From Mizuhopecten yessoensis (lineage: Eukaryota): a DNA stretch of 64,000 bases. How positions within the stretch are numbered: the first letter of the stretch is position 1; every line of letters begins with the position of its first letter. Under the pieces are notes generated by a model. The model had not been told where the DNA came from and ran no database searches. It was given only the letters and a program-made list of their open reading frames with translations. Below are positions 37,301 to 50,400 of this stretch, piece after piece. The position numbers were made by a program, and so were the translations under genes. Where the stretch lies: positions 827,511-891,510 of the forward strand of contig NW_018408821.1 in the NCBI RefSeq assembly GCF_002113885.1, given 5' to 3'.

Positions 37301-40300
37301 ATTGGTGATTGTAAATGTTATTTATATATGATGTCATTTTATACAGGTGCAGTGGGTGGATTGGTAGTCATTGGATTTGCCTTTCTGTCTTCCTTGCTAG
37401 GTTCAACTGTTCTACAGGTACGTTTCAGTTCAAAGACGAAACAATGCTCACATGGTCGACACACATACATTGCAAAATTGAAACATTTCATTTTGTTCTA
37501 CTTGTGTATATTTTGATACTGTTTCCACAAAGTCATCGCTCATCTGCAAAACAATAGTTATCTTATAATGTAGCTAATTTTGGATAAGACGAACCGTTTC
37601 TAATTGCATTCATATTGAACATTTGTAATGAAAGATTTAAAAATGCCTGTTTCCCTTTGATCTGTACCAGATAATGATATCCGTGTTAGGAATGGCTGGA
37701 GGACCACTGCTTGGCTTGTTCCTGATGGGGATGTTCTTTCCCTGTGTAAACGCCAAGGTAAGTTGAAATGCAAAGTGACAATATTTCAAAAAATGATTAT
37801 GGCAAAATTTCTGCGTTTATGAAGAAGACTAAAGTTGATTAAGGACAATTCAGAACATTGAAAACGTCTGGTTAACCATTTTTGTATTTCTTTTTTTCAA
37901 ACAAATCAGCCTGTAAGATAAGTATTCTACCAAATGTATGAAGAAACACATGAACCTTTTTTTTAAATTGTTTTTATTTATATTTGTAGGGGGCCATTAC
38001 TGGCATGATTGTTTGCACTGTTGTGATATTCTGGATCGTGGTTGGTTCTTTCGTATATCAAGTTCCCATGCCAACACTTCCGTTTGAAACAGACGGATGT
38101 GATATAGCTGATGGCGTTACGTATGCCATGAACAAGTTTGTGATGAATACACCAGACATAAGCATACCTCGAGAACAGATTGGCCACAGCCAAGCTGCTC
38201 ACGGAACCGAAACAGATTGGTAAATTTTCAAGATACTTTTTTGTACTTCAGGTCATAGATATAAAACGCTATTATCGACGTAACATATAATGGACAAAGA
38301 CATAATAATAATATCAATTTTGAGAAAGAAGTTATGTCCCAAAGTTGCTATAAATGATGTAATGATACAAAAGGCAGCTAATACAAGACAGCTAAAAATG
38401 GTTACTTGTGTGTTTTAAAGGTTATAGTTTCATGTACTTTTGAATAGATATTACAATATCTCTTCAATGATAATTTATAATCAGTTAATAAGGGATACTG
38501 CTATTTGGATATTGAACATTTTTCGTCAAAAGGCAGTCAGCAAGAGAGTTGCGGAAATAGATTGTCACAATAGAATAAGATATGAAAGGTAAAGCATATT
38601 CACGTTAAAAGATATACAGGCACATTGATAGTACAAGGTAATGCTGGATTGTTCTCCTCGGTACAACAGTGGTACAGCATTGTCATCCCGACGTAGTTCG
38701 TCCATTAGGTTCAATGATGCACACAACCTTACAATGCCATAATCTGCATTCCAAAAAAGTTCCACTCTTTATGAATTGTTTGAATTTCCTTTTATGAAAT
38801 ATCATCATGTACGTTGTAGTACTTTTCTAAATATCTATTCAGAAGAGGCGTACTACTTTCAAGATCTTTATACAGCACATGAATGGTATATCTGTAGTTC
38901 CTATCGTGAATCTAAGACTACCGAGTCAGGTCTAGCATATCATGCTATACACCATGAACTTCAAAACGAAACCTGCAGTACCAAGAAAATACCTAGTTTT
39001 CCACAAAACCGTTATTCGAACTCCAAATCAACAAAACTAAGATAAACTATTGTTTCAATGAAAAACTATGATAAACTATTGTAACAATGAACACTATGAT
39101 AAACTATTGTTACAATGAAAAACAATAGATGGAAACATTTAAAAGAAGATGCAAGGAGTGTAGGAACGTGTGTTCCGGAAGGGTAAACGTATTTTGCTTC
39201 ATCAACGACAACCGCTATATAAATCTAGTACATTAATGCATGCACTGTCTGTCCTCAAAGCCTAACATAATGCTATGATGACATCCTATCTGTAATTCAT
39301 GTAATGTACCAGGCCAAATATGATTTGCGATTCGTTAATTGTGGATCTGTTTGATAACATGATTATGTATTCATTATCAGGTTTAATGATGATTTATTGT
39401 ACGAATCTGTTGTGATATTGATTGACTTTATTAACAGGTCAGGCCCTATGGTAGTGTACAGGTTGTCCTTCCTCTGGTACCCAATAGTAGCGATATGGAT
39501 TGCTCTGGTCGTAGGAATCCTCGTCAGCTGGCTTACTGGTAAAGTTTAACTTACCCTTGACATTGGCTGATAAACAAACTAACAAATAACTTATGTTATA
39601 TCATCAATTTAATATGTGAAGCCAATATTTTATTTACTTGTTTGATTGCAAACACAAACTGTTTACAAGACGACAATAAATTGTCATTTTAGAGAAAACG
39701 CCTTATATGTGCTTGGTTAAAAAATAAAAAAGTGTCTGCTATTACAGAGACTTATACTTTTCGGACAATATTTAAACAAGTTCATGAATAGGTAGACTAC
39801 TAAAAATGTATAGTTGTTTGATGAGGTGTGTCAATAATATAATTTTGTTTCATCATCCAGACAAGGTAAAACACTAAAATAATAAAACATTACATCTTAG
39901 CGTATCGACTCTGACTCTGATTGCGTGCTTGTATGTTGACACAGTGTTGTACTTGTTTATTATATTATTTTTTACTATTTAACTTAATTAAATATGTCTT
40001 TTTGTATTATATTCTAGGATGGCAAAGCGAAAAGATTGATCCTAAGCTTGTGTATCCCGTGTCTGAAAAACTGTGTTGCTTTCTTCCTTATTCTGTACGA
40101 AGGAAATTGAATTGTTTTCGATTATGGAAATATGTGAGTACAAGTCATATATGATCATACGTGCACGTCGAAAGTTTTGTGAATTCTATAACTTTTACTG
40201 GTTTCCAACACTTCAAAACTGATTTAGTTGCCATTTTTTATTTTGGTTCTTGCGGGTCAGGCACACATTATAATTTGAACTTAAATGTCAGATGGCGTCT

Positions 40301-40641
40301 CTAATGAAATCATGAAAAAAATCATACTAAATATCTACGGATGGTTTGATTTTTTTATGAGCTTCCTTTTCAGAATCTTATTGTTTAAATGTCGGTTAGT
40401 TTTTCTGTTTTGACTCAATACTTTAACAGCATTAAAGCTTTGATTTTTTAATAAGTAAACCTTGTTGTGACAGAATGTTCGTGGCATGAGTGATGTATTG
40501 TCGGATGACGAGGAGGAAGAAGAGTTCAGCAAATTAAAAACAGGAAAACTTGAGACGGCCAGACTTCTTCCTCCGATGTCGCGGCGTATGGATAGCTTCG
40601 AAGCTGAAGTAGACGAATCAGGCATTTCCCAAATTACGTAG
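31344..40641 (+). CDS. SLC5 sodium-coupled monocarboxylate/iodide/multivitamin symporter-like (SLC5A8/A12-like), paralog 1, 646 aa
   Basis: 15 phase-consistent GT-AG exons: 31344-31685, 32235-32300, 33125-33176, 33464-33531, 33956-34110, 34514-34654, 35334-35463, 35909-35997, 36451-36575, 37347-37417, 37671-37757, 37990-38219, 39438-39538, 40018-40133, 40474-40641 (1,941 nt). Motifs [59 protein letters not shown] and [14 protein letters not shown] near 40678. Probable 5'-UTR intron 30838-31170. Confidence 0.95.
32078..32196. mobile_element. 119-bp palindromic MITE with a 7-bp TSD (P-element-like CA...TG)
   Basis: ~55-bp arms around a 9-nt loop. GTCAGAG is duplicated at 32071-32077 and 32197-32203. 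Confidence 0.8.
32725..33032. repeat. ~33-bp minisatellite (GTGTTGACACCGTGGTATATACCATGTTCCTGT), ~9 copies
   Basis: Tandem repeats in intron 2 of SLC5 paralog 1. Confidence 0.9.
34251..34425. repeat. 50-bp tandem repeat, three copies
   Basis: TACACTGTCTAGATACCTTACACGTTCGTCTTCAGACTATTTTATACTGG repeated. Confidence 0.9.
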
Positions 40642-43152
40642 ACACGCCAATTTACCTCTTTCCGTTTTTAAAATATAAATAAATTTCAACATACCTACAA
40701 TGTATTTGTCGTTTTTAATTGATTTGCTACCTTTTATTACCAACTTTGTGTTTATCATTGGAAAAGTCCTTTTTGATGGAAAATATTAGAAGGAATTATC
40801 ATGTATAGTACAAACGTAACCGCTGGACATGTTTTTGATTATGCGTGTGATAAGTGTGATTACACAATGAAATTCAGAATGAAAGTCAGGTAACCATTAT
40901 GTATACATCTTTGGGAACCTCTAATTCTAAGTGCGTTTTCAGGTAAAATGTATTAAGTATCATTAATACGATATGCAGAATATTGGAAATGTTCCATTTA
41001 CGCCGGTCGGCATTGATCATGTCTGTATGATTTAACAAAGGAAATCTAATTTACTTGTTAATCGAGAATTTCATAGAAAAATAGCGTATTTAAAATGGAC
41101 ATGTAATACCAAAACTTACATATACATGTATATATAATAACAACATCGTTTAGTCCGCATCAAAACTTTACCCCAACAGCGCCAAACTATCTTGATACAT
41201 ATACATTGAAGTGTAAGGGTTGGCTTAATAATTGATAATAATGTGGCTTTTTTAATTTACTTCGGGGTAGTGGGAAAAACAGTCTCGTATTTCAGGTTGG
41301 CATGGCTTACCAAACCGAATAGTGATGTATGTTTCTGGAAACAACAAGCGATATTTAATTCCATTATGCAGAATGTTGACAGTAATTTATATACTATTTT
41401 TGTTCCGCGTAATATAATTCACTTTCACATAATTATAACTTAACTGTAAAGGTGGGGTCAACATTTGGCCACCACTTCGATTTCTTAATTTTTTTTGGCC
41501 ATATATGTAGATTCATTATTTCTACTTATAACCAGGTTTAGCGACGGGGATATTCTAACAAAATGACAGATAAATGTCACATGCGAAAGTAATTTTGAAA
41601 ATGAATTATGATAGTGGAATAGTGTTTAAGACTACTGTGATATTGATACTTTTGTCATATTTGGTACACATGAAGTAAGCGTAGTGATACTTTTAATTAG
41701 AAAAACATGCAAAATTTTCACAAAATTTAAGATAATATAGTGGTAGTCTATATTTTAAACTTCTTTAAAAACTGTTCATGTACATATTCTGTCTACAGAA
41801 TCATTACAATGTAATATCAAAACCAGTAAAGTACCTTTTTAGCATGCCTAATATGATCAATGCCCAATTTAACATACTCATTGAGATTTGATTATCAATG
41901 TTTATTATGGTAATTACCGATACTTTTTCTGTTTTTGTATTATACCAAAACAAATTATCCTATTACGCATGTTTTAAAGTTATGTGCAGTAGTAATAATT
42001 CATATGTATTCTGCCAAAGTAATATTTCCTCTGGAGAACTCCTTTCTTTAACGTCAAGATATGCAATTATATAAAAACAATAAAATCATCTTAATAGTAA
42101 AACTAATATACCCTTTATTATTATTTCATTTTTCGAGCTTTCCATTCATTAAGCAAAATAGAAGGAATATTTCATTATTCTATAACGTCAACTCTAAACA
42201 AATAAAGCAAGGAAAGATATCCTTGTCTGACTCCTAATACACATTTCGTTTAGCTCAATTGATTTTTGTAACCTTGAACGAAAGTCAAGGTCACCTACGT
42301 TTACAAAATTTAAATCCATTCACATGAACAACCTTGCCTAATATCAAGACCCAAAGACCTTTAGTTTCGAAGAAACACAAGTTAAAGGAAAAGTGGGATA
42401 TGACAAATTTACCGGTTGTCAATGATTGGAAATTCCTTATGTTGAAAGATATTATTAATAACCAATTTCAAGCAAGTATAAAACATAGACTCGTTTTAGG
42501 ACTAGGTAAATTAACGTGGCAAAAATCGGAATTTTCTCATGCGTAATAACATTTCACATACTTTTCTGCTTTAATCTTCAATAAAAAAAAAAACCATTCA
42601 AAATATCAGTTGGAATATGTTGCACACAATGATGATGATATCATTTTATAGTAATTGTGTCATTTAAATGCTCTAGGCGGAATTGTACTACCGCAACTTT
42701 AACACCCATACTGGTGGATGTAAATAAGGTCCCATTTGTCATAGAAGAATTCTTAAACTTACTGTTCCTGATTTAATTCAGCTTCCTATACCCATACTTT
42801 TTGTATTTTTCTTGTTTTGAAATTCCAAGCGGGGGCCGACGTTAATGTTAAATCTCCATAGGCGTTGACGCTACCTTATTAATGGGACGTTTAGATGGAA
42901 TGTAGAGCTAATCGTGTATCTGTTTTCCCCACTTTCATCTAATTAGAACTATTGAGGGGAAGATAATAATGGTAATTAATAATAGATGTAACAATATTGA
43001 TTTTGCTTAAAAAAATGCCGTTCTTTCCAACAATAAAGGACCAACTTACAAAGGAATTAATAGAAATATAAGTAAACTTCTTACACAGTTAAACAGTTCT
43101 AAATTACATATCTTCTTTATCTTGTACATTAAATCGAGTATTTCATAATAAT

Positions 43153-43220
43153 GGAGGCACGGTAGTCTAGTGCTAGGACGTCGGGCTCGTTACCGAAGGG
43201 TTGCGTGTTCGAGTCACGTG
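43153..43220 (+). mobile_element. tRNA-like SINE head
   Basis: A-box TAGTCTAGTG and B-box GTTCGAGTC. Same head as the SINE at 3536; no acceptor-stem closure. Confidence 0.6.
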
Positions 43221-44429
43221 TACCCCAGGTCTGGTATGATAGTCCAAATAACGCTCCATAAGGTCACATGTAACCGATAAGGATCCCTGCACCGCTGCCA
43301 AAAACTATAACTGTGGGTCGGAACGTTTTTCCAGTATGACTACAACGTTAATAAATCGATATAAAAGTTAATGAAGATGTTGTGGGACCAAGCCAGGATT
43401 CGAATCATTGATCTGCGATCATTATACTCTAGACACATGAGCTACCTGGTAAACGGCAGTACTGTAGTCCTGTCGCGTACATAAATCAAAAACGCAATTA
43501 AGGTGAAGTCATTGTATGACGTAGAGCTAGAATGGGATTATGTTGTGGGACATGAATCCTTAAAAGTCTTTTAAATTTTAGCGAGGAAATATTATTGTAA
43601 AGAGTCAATAATTTAACAAAACATCTGTGCTGAAAGATATAAGACGCCGAAAAAACTAAAACTAAAATAGATTCATGTCGTGTAAGGTGGGACTCGGTGA
43701 TCCTCGTACCCATACTATAAGCTACTATGTCTGATATATAGTGATATACTATAAGCTAGTTTATCTTATTTAACCCGGTTTATCGTGGTAGCAACATAAC
43801 GGTCACCTCAACACACATTGACCACTGACGACACAACCTACTGGTCAAGGTAGGAATTATCAGGCCCCGATAACGCCATGTTCGTGTGGACGTCTGCACA
43901 CTGTTTATCATGACATGTCAAGCTTTAAATTTAACTTTGCTAAAATATTTAATAAACCCAAAACTTGCATAATTTTCTTATGATTAGTTAAACAAACAAA
44001 ATCTTATAGTTTCTTGATAAGCAAGAAGATATATATTAAGACTTACGATACAGACATAATTCTGCTTTGATTCGCCTATACATGGTTAAGATAACCATGC
44101 TTCAACCTTTAAGAATTTGTCATTTATCAGGTGAATTAAAGATAACGTTACCAATGAAAAACCACGAGATATCTCGAGTAGTCCGAAAACCAGCTGGTAA
44201 TATACAGGTTTGAGTCAAATGTGGTAGTCTAGGTGAATTTGGAATATTATAATTATACTTTGGAGAATGTGAATTATAGATTATATATTGGAATTGAAGT
44301 GCCGTGAAATATATCCATTGGTGTAATTCAACCTCGATTCAAATTGATCTATTTTGTGACGTTCACGCCCAGGAGTGACCATTGTCCACTTACTGTTGTC
44401 ATATGACATAACACAACCGGACACTAAAC

Positions 44430-47400
44430 ATGGATGTTATTACTGAGGCAAGTTTAAAAACCTGCAAGAAGGTATGTGAACTCTGTGATGGAGAGCAGAT
44501 TGGATCATTTGTTGCGGTAGACTATGTGCTATTTGCAGCAGTCCTAGTCGTTTCGGCTCTTATAGGAGTTTTCTACATGGTCAAGGAATACCGTGCGACG
44601 AAACAAGCCACAGCCGAAGACGTTCTGATGGGTGGAAGGGACATAGGTATATTTCCCATAGCCATGTCGCTGATGGCTAGTTTCATGTCAGCTATCACAG
44701 TGCTGGGGACACCGACGGAGATGTACAATAACAATACCAGTTATTGGATTGCAGGAAACGTCATCATCATTACAACAATACTAACAAATCATGTGTTTCT
44801 TCCTTTTTTCCATAACTTGAACTTAACCAGCGCATACGAGGTAAGCATCAAATATTTGTACTATTAGATTGACCATGCAAACGACTTTCCTCTTATTTAA
44901 TAGGAATTATCCCAAACGACCTTGACCCTTGTTATCAATACATACATAAAACCTTGCTTTGTTTGTTACTTAACCCTTATTCCCCACCTAGTATAACATT
45001 CAATGAAACATAATTTCATCCATCCATGTCATCATGATACATGAAGCAACATAAATGATGCATAATTATGATGTTGAAATTACCACCACGCCCAATTTGA
45101 ATGTACTGTTTTTGACGGTCTTTTTTTTTACCAGTAATGAACACAATATGTATGATGTATGATTAAAGTTATACGGATTTCGTTGATTTTTTGTGTGAAA
45201 TACCACTGTTTCTTAGCATGCGTGCACTTCACGTCCGTTCATTGATTTATATCCACAAGGAAATGTGGTGTACAGATTAAAATTAATGTTAAGTTAGGAA
45301 ACATGATGCAAAAGGTTAAATTGATTTCAGATTTATAGGTTTGGCACATAGACTACAATTCCTTTAAGTTAAAAATAAATAAAGCTAGACAGAGGTGTAT
45401 AGACAACAGGGACACTTTAAGATACCTGTATATCTTTTGTAGCTGAAATGTATACGTCTCTACAACATACTACTGTGTTGTGTTATAGTTTAAATGTATA
45501 CGTCTCTACAACATATTGCTGTGTTGTGTTATAATTTAAATGTATACGTCTCTACGACATATTACTGTGTTGTGTTATAATTTAAATGTATACGTCTCTA
45601 CAACATATTACTGTGTTGTGTTATAATTTAAATTTTACTCGATTAGAGAAGTATGTTTGTAATAATTATAAACCAATTAGGTTTGTGACTTTGTTCATCA
45701 AGAAATATGATCGGAGAATAACAACTGACCAATAAGAACTTCATCTCTAAGTATAAGATTTCTAAATTCAAAAGAAAACGAAAAGTTTCATTGAATTTCC
45801 ATTGAATGCGTACAATTGTCTCCATTTTGTCTCCCTCCACATTGCGGACATTAACGTTTGGATTATTACTAAAACTGATGTGTCATATTCAAGTTTCGAC
45901 ACATTAATTAAGATTATCTCTGGAGTTGCTATCTTATCTATAATAAATACAGTACTTCGGGTCCCTTTGATCCATTTAGCAACGATAGAAATATTTTTTA
46001 AATACATTTTACAGCCCATCAAATTGCTATGGAAAGAATAACGCAAAACATCGCACATTGATTTATTTTAACGTAATTCGTTGGTCTCAGCTGACAATGT
46101 TCGATATTATATTTTTCATCCTTGACCAATTGTTACATATAAAGTATCAATTCTTTATCGCTCTTGATGAATGTAAGATTTTGTATCTATTTGGTATTAA
46201 TTTATTCATACATAAAGTCACCCATTAACATTAAATATCAAAACATTTATAAAACGTCCTTTTGTATTGATTAAGATGTGAGTCTTGAAATCGTCCTTTT
46301 GTGTTGACGGTGTGGCACATTGATTGTGTATATAACTTCAGACAGGAAACTATTTGGATTCACATTTCTCCTATCGGATTTACTTTATTTTGCTTCCATT
46401 TTACTGTTTAAGATCACACAAAACTTTAAGTTTTGTGCAATTGCTATCTGGGTAACCGAGTAGAGTGCTCTTTATAACGCCATCTGTTAACTCGTATCGA
46501 TCTGCTACAGGATGTTTTTGATTAATAGTCAATCCATCAAATGCAAATAGCACTATCACTGTTATTATCAGAGTGTGTTTCGGTGACCAAATACCTTCTT
46601 ATCTACATTACCCTTTTCTTTAATGGAATGAATTCAAATCGTTATTTTCAGTAATATTGGTTAGGTTCGTCTAAGGTTTACTTCTTCACGACAGGTTATT
46701 TTCTATTCAAATTATATCAAATTCAAAATTAAACTGCATGTTTTTGAACAGAAATTTAAAACGATTATCTAAATACCTTGCACACGAAATAAAGTGAAAA
46801 TCTAAAAATAAAGCGAGTTTTAAAAGTTTGATTAATGGTTAGTTCAGGTAAATGACTATGTGTTGACAACCTAGTCTCAGCATGTTTTTGATATCATTAA
46901 CGAATCTATTATGTTGTGAAACATTTTTAGCTTTATTGAAAAACTGGCAACCTTTTTTGTTTGTAAACCAAGTGATTTGTTTTCTGATACGTAAAACCCG
47001 TAAACATCTTCAATATTCTCAGGAATCAAACTTATTATTTAATTGTTATTTCTGTTTAAAGAGACTGTGTCAAAGACAGTGAATGATTCAATGTCTTCAT
47101 GGACTTATATGTCAGTAACTTCAACTATTGATTATCTTATAACCAATGATATCTTCACGAGTGCAAACTCATTTATTACCAGAGGACAACACAGTAGACC
47201 TCTCAACATACTTTGCATGTGCATCAGTTATAAACGATAATGATAGCAACATCAAATGTTCAAGATTTATACCGTAATGTGTTCTACTCTGCCAATGCAT
47301 ATGAACAGCATTGTACATGGAACATTTCTGCATATATAATTGTGTTATTACGAAAGTATTTAAGCATGTGAGTATGTGTGCTAGGCGTGTAGATATCTAT

Positions 47401-50400
47401 CCGATGTTCTTACATAAAACAAGATACACTTTTTTTGTATATGTAAAAACATGTATACAACACTTAAAACCCATTTCTTTTAAGTAAATATATACAAAAA
47501 TGATAATGTAAAGGTCAGTTTAATGTTTACGGCTCGAGTATGGCGGAAAGCTGAAATTGTTTAACGAATACTAAACTAAGCAGTCGAAACTATTGGTATT
47601 GGTATTCTGCCATGCAAGAGATTTTGTTTTTACTTGCAAACAATAAATTAATCGATAAGTAATGATAAAACGTTAATGCTTGGACCAAAGCTTTACTAAA
47701 CGATCACTTATGCTACGGTTGCTCCATATGCGTCTGAACCGGAAGTCTGCGGCTTTGAATGCATTGAAAAGAAAATACCATTCTAATTGGACAACATAGA
47801 TTTGATATCCGAGTAATAAAATTCAATTCGATATCTTTCAATCAGTGAAGGATATAAGTTTAATCATAATGTATTTTGTGTATGTGTAAAACTCTTATGA
47901 GTGGAAAAGTGTAAATCTAGTTCCGTTTTCATACATACATGTACATAGAGATAAACCGACTTGTAAGTGTCAAACACTAGTGAGGAATACTATACCTATA
48001 AACCTATAAGACTGCGTCGAACGTCGATAAGAAGCTTTGTTTGATTATTCATCGAACTGATAACCATTGTTCATGTTATCGGTATATACCGTATACACCT
48101 GTTGGGCATGGGTCCACCCACACCGATAGGAGATATTGGTCGCCCGCCAATTTCTCTATTTATAGATGAAACACAAATACGAAACCATGCATTTTGCTAG
48201 TTTCTTGATAAATGAATACAGTCGTCGGTAAAAAAAAAAAAAAATGAAAATAAAACCAATATTTTTGTTGAAATAGGGAACTTGTGTATATAGTGTAAAT
48301 AAGACAGGTACCATTTGTAGGCGCAAATCATACGGATATTAACTTTCACTGATTGATCATAATTTCTTATCGAAACCATGGTAGTGATGTCAAACCAAGT
48401 GTTATTGGAATTCAATTTATGTATGCCATAAGTCCAATCACTTTATTTCTGGAATATAATATTACATGTATCAACTAAAATATTCGATCATACGCAGATA
48501 TTTAGCTCTGCCCAGTTTGGTGACCGCAATGCGTCTCTGCCAAATACTAGATGTTTGTTTTAATAAGAAATTCTATATAATTTCATAAATACTAGTAAAT
48601 TATATATTTCAATTCTCCAAAAATGCTATCAACAAATTTCAAAGTTCGTTGTTCAGAATTTGGATACGTTTTTCAATGTTGTACCAAACACACCAGTATA
48701 GTTGTTCTTTAAATATTTCATTGTATTGGAGGAGTGATTTAACCTTATAATATATCTTATCAGTACAGTAGTTGTTTCATGTTCTTCAGTACTTGGAGAA
48801 GAGACTGAACGTTATAGCTTTCTCATCAGTATGTTTAATATTTTTCAGTACTTAGAGAAGAGATTTAATGTAGTTGTACGAGTGTGTGCCTCCGCCATAT
48901 TTATGTTAAACATGGTAAGTAAAAACAGAAGAAAATATCATACGCCAAGGCTATTCTTAAGGGAGGTACATCTTAAATATTCTCCTTAGTATTATCCAGC
49001 CATCTACAAATGGGATAATGAAACATACCGCTAACGTAACGACGGGGGAATTCCTCGGTCATAACAATTGTATGACGTTATGAAATCAACGTTTGAAATA
49101 AATGTAATTACCAGAAGTGATGTGGAAGAAAAAATGTTGGGCTTGATATTTAAGAATTTGACCCCTTGTATTGAGATGTTTCTGTCCTATCCCCAAGGTG
49201 GAGAAAGATCATATATAGTTTATCCTAGAAATATTAATCTTCACAATTCAATATATGAGGCCTTATTGAAGGATATTTTACAAATACTTTAATATCGATA
49301 ATACACTAGAACGCGTAAATGAATATATTTGAGGCAATAAGACCAATGCAATTTGATTTTTTAACATTTAAAAGTATGCTGATTAGTCATATTTCATTAA
49401 TTTGGTTGCTTAAAAATATTTTCTTTTTTTTCATTTGCCCGTTCTAAAGAACCATGTGCCTAGTTGTATAATATTTAATAGTAAAAGAAGTTGTTAGTGT
49501 TCATTAAATATGTATACCTATATCTTTATAATCTTTCACAATGCACACAAGTGTTAAAGATAACTTGCAATGATGAAGATATGTTTCCTGTTTTGTAGCT
49601 ATTGTATATGGGTGTTGTTTTGTACGCTCCTGCTTTGGCTTTGAATCAGGGTAAGTTTATTACCAGGTATTATATTTGTTATCGCAGACATTCTACAATG
49701 CCTTGATATGAAAAGTCAAATGTGGAAAAGTGAAAGCAAAATCAGTGGGATGAGGTAATAGTTATCGTTAACCAACTTAACTATAGGTATAGATTACCAT
49801 TGTTAATCATTCGCCCCGCGTAAAGTTGTTTCCCATAAACATAGTAAAACAATATATATTAACTTGCTTGGTATTTGGTTAATGCATGCATACAACTTCT
49901 GTATGTGGACACACTATGGGAGTACACCTTTCTATACTGCGTATATATGCTCACTGTGTCTTTGATCATTGATCTTCGGCATGACAGGAACATGCGTTCT
50001 CCTTGGATATTTAACATGGATGTTCATGATGTACGTCGTTCTGTTTGGCTACCTAATTAGACTCTGTTGTTTGAACGTTTCTTTGTAGTTACCGGCCTGA
50101 GTCTGTCGCTATCCATTGTTTGCATAGGTTTAGTGTGCACATTTTACACAGCACTGGTAAGTTCTATTTATTACAATACCTTTTCTGTATATATTATAAT
50201 TTTTATATCAACCAAATAAAATCTTCCATATGCACTTTGAAACTTGCAATACATAGAATGTCTTCAATGGTATCTTATAACAGATCGATGCTTAATACTG
50301 CGATAACAAACATAAAAACGGTAACTGGTTTTAATAAAGGCTAATTTTGTCCTCTAACAAACGTCATTTCCTACTGACAGGGTGGATTACGAGCTGTCGT

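Noticed and set aside
43153-43225. tRNA gene
   Set aside because: No closed acceptor stem, and it matches the SINE head at 3536.
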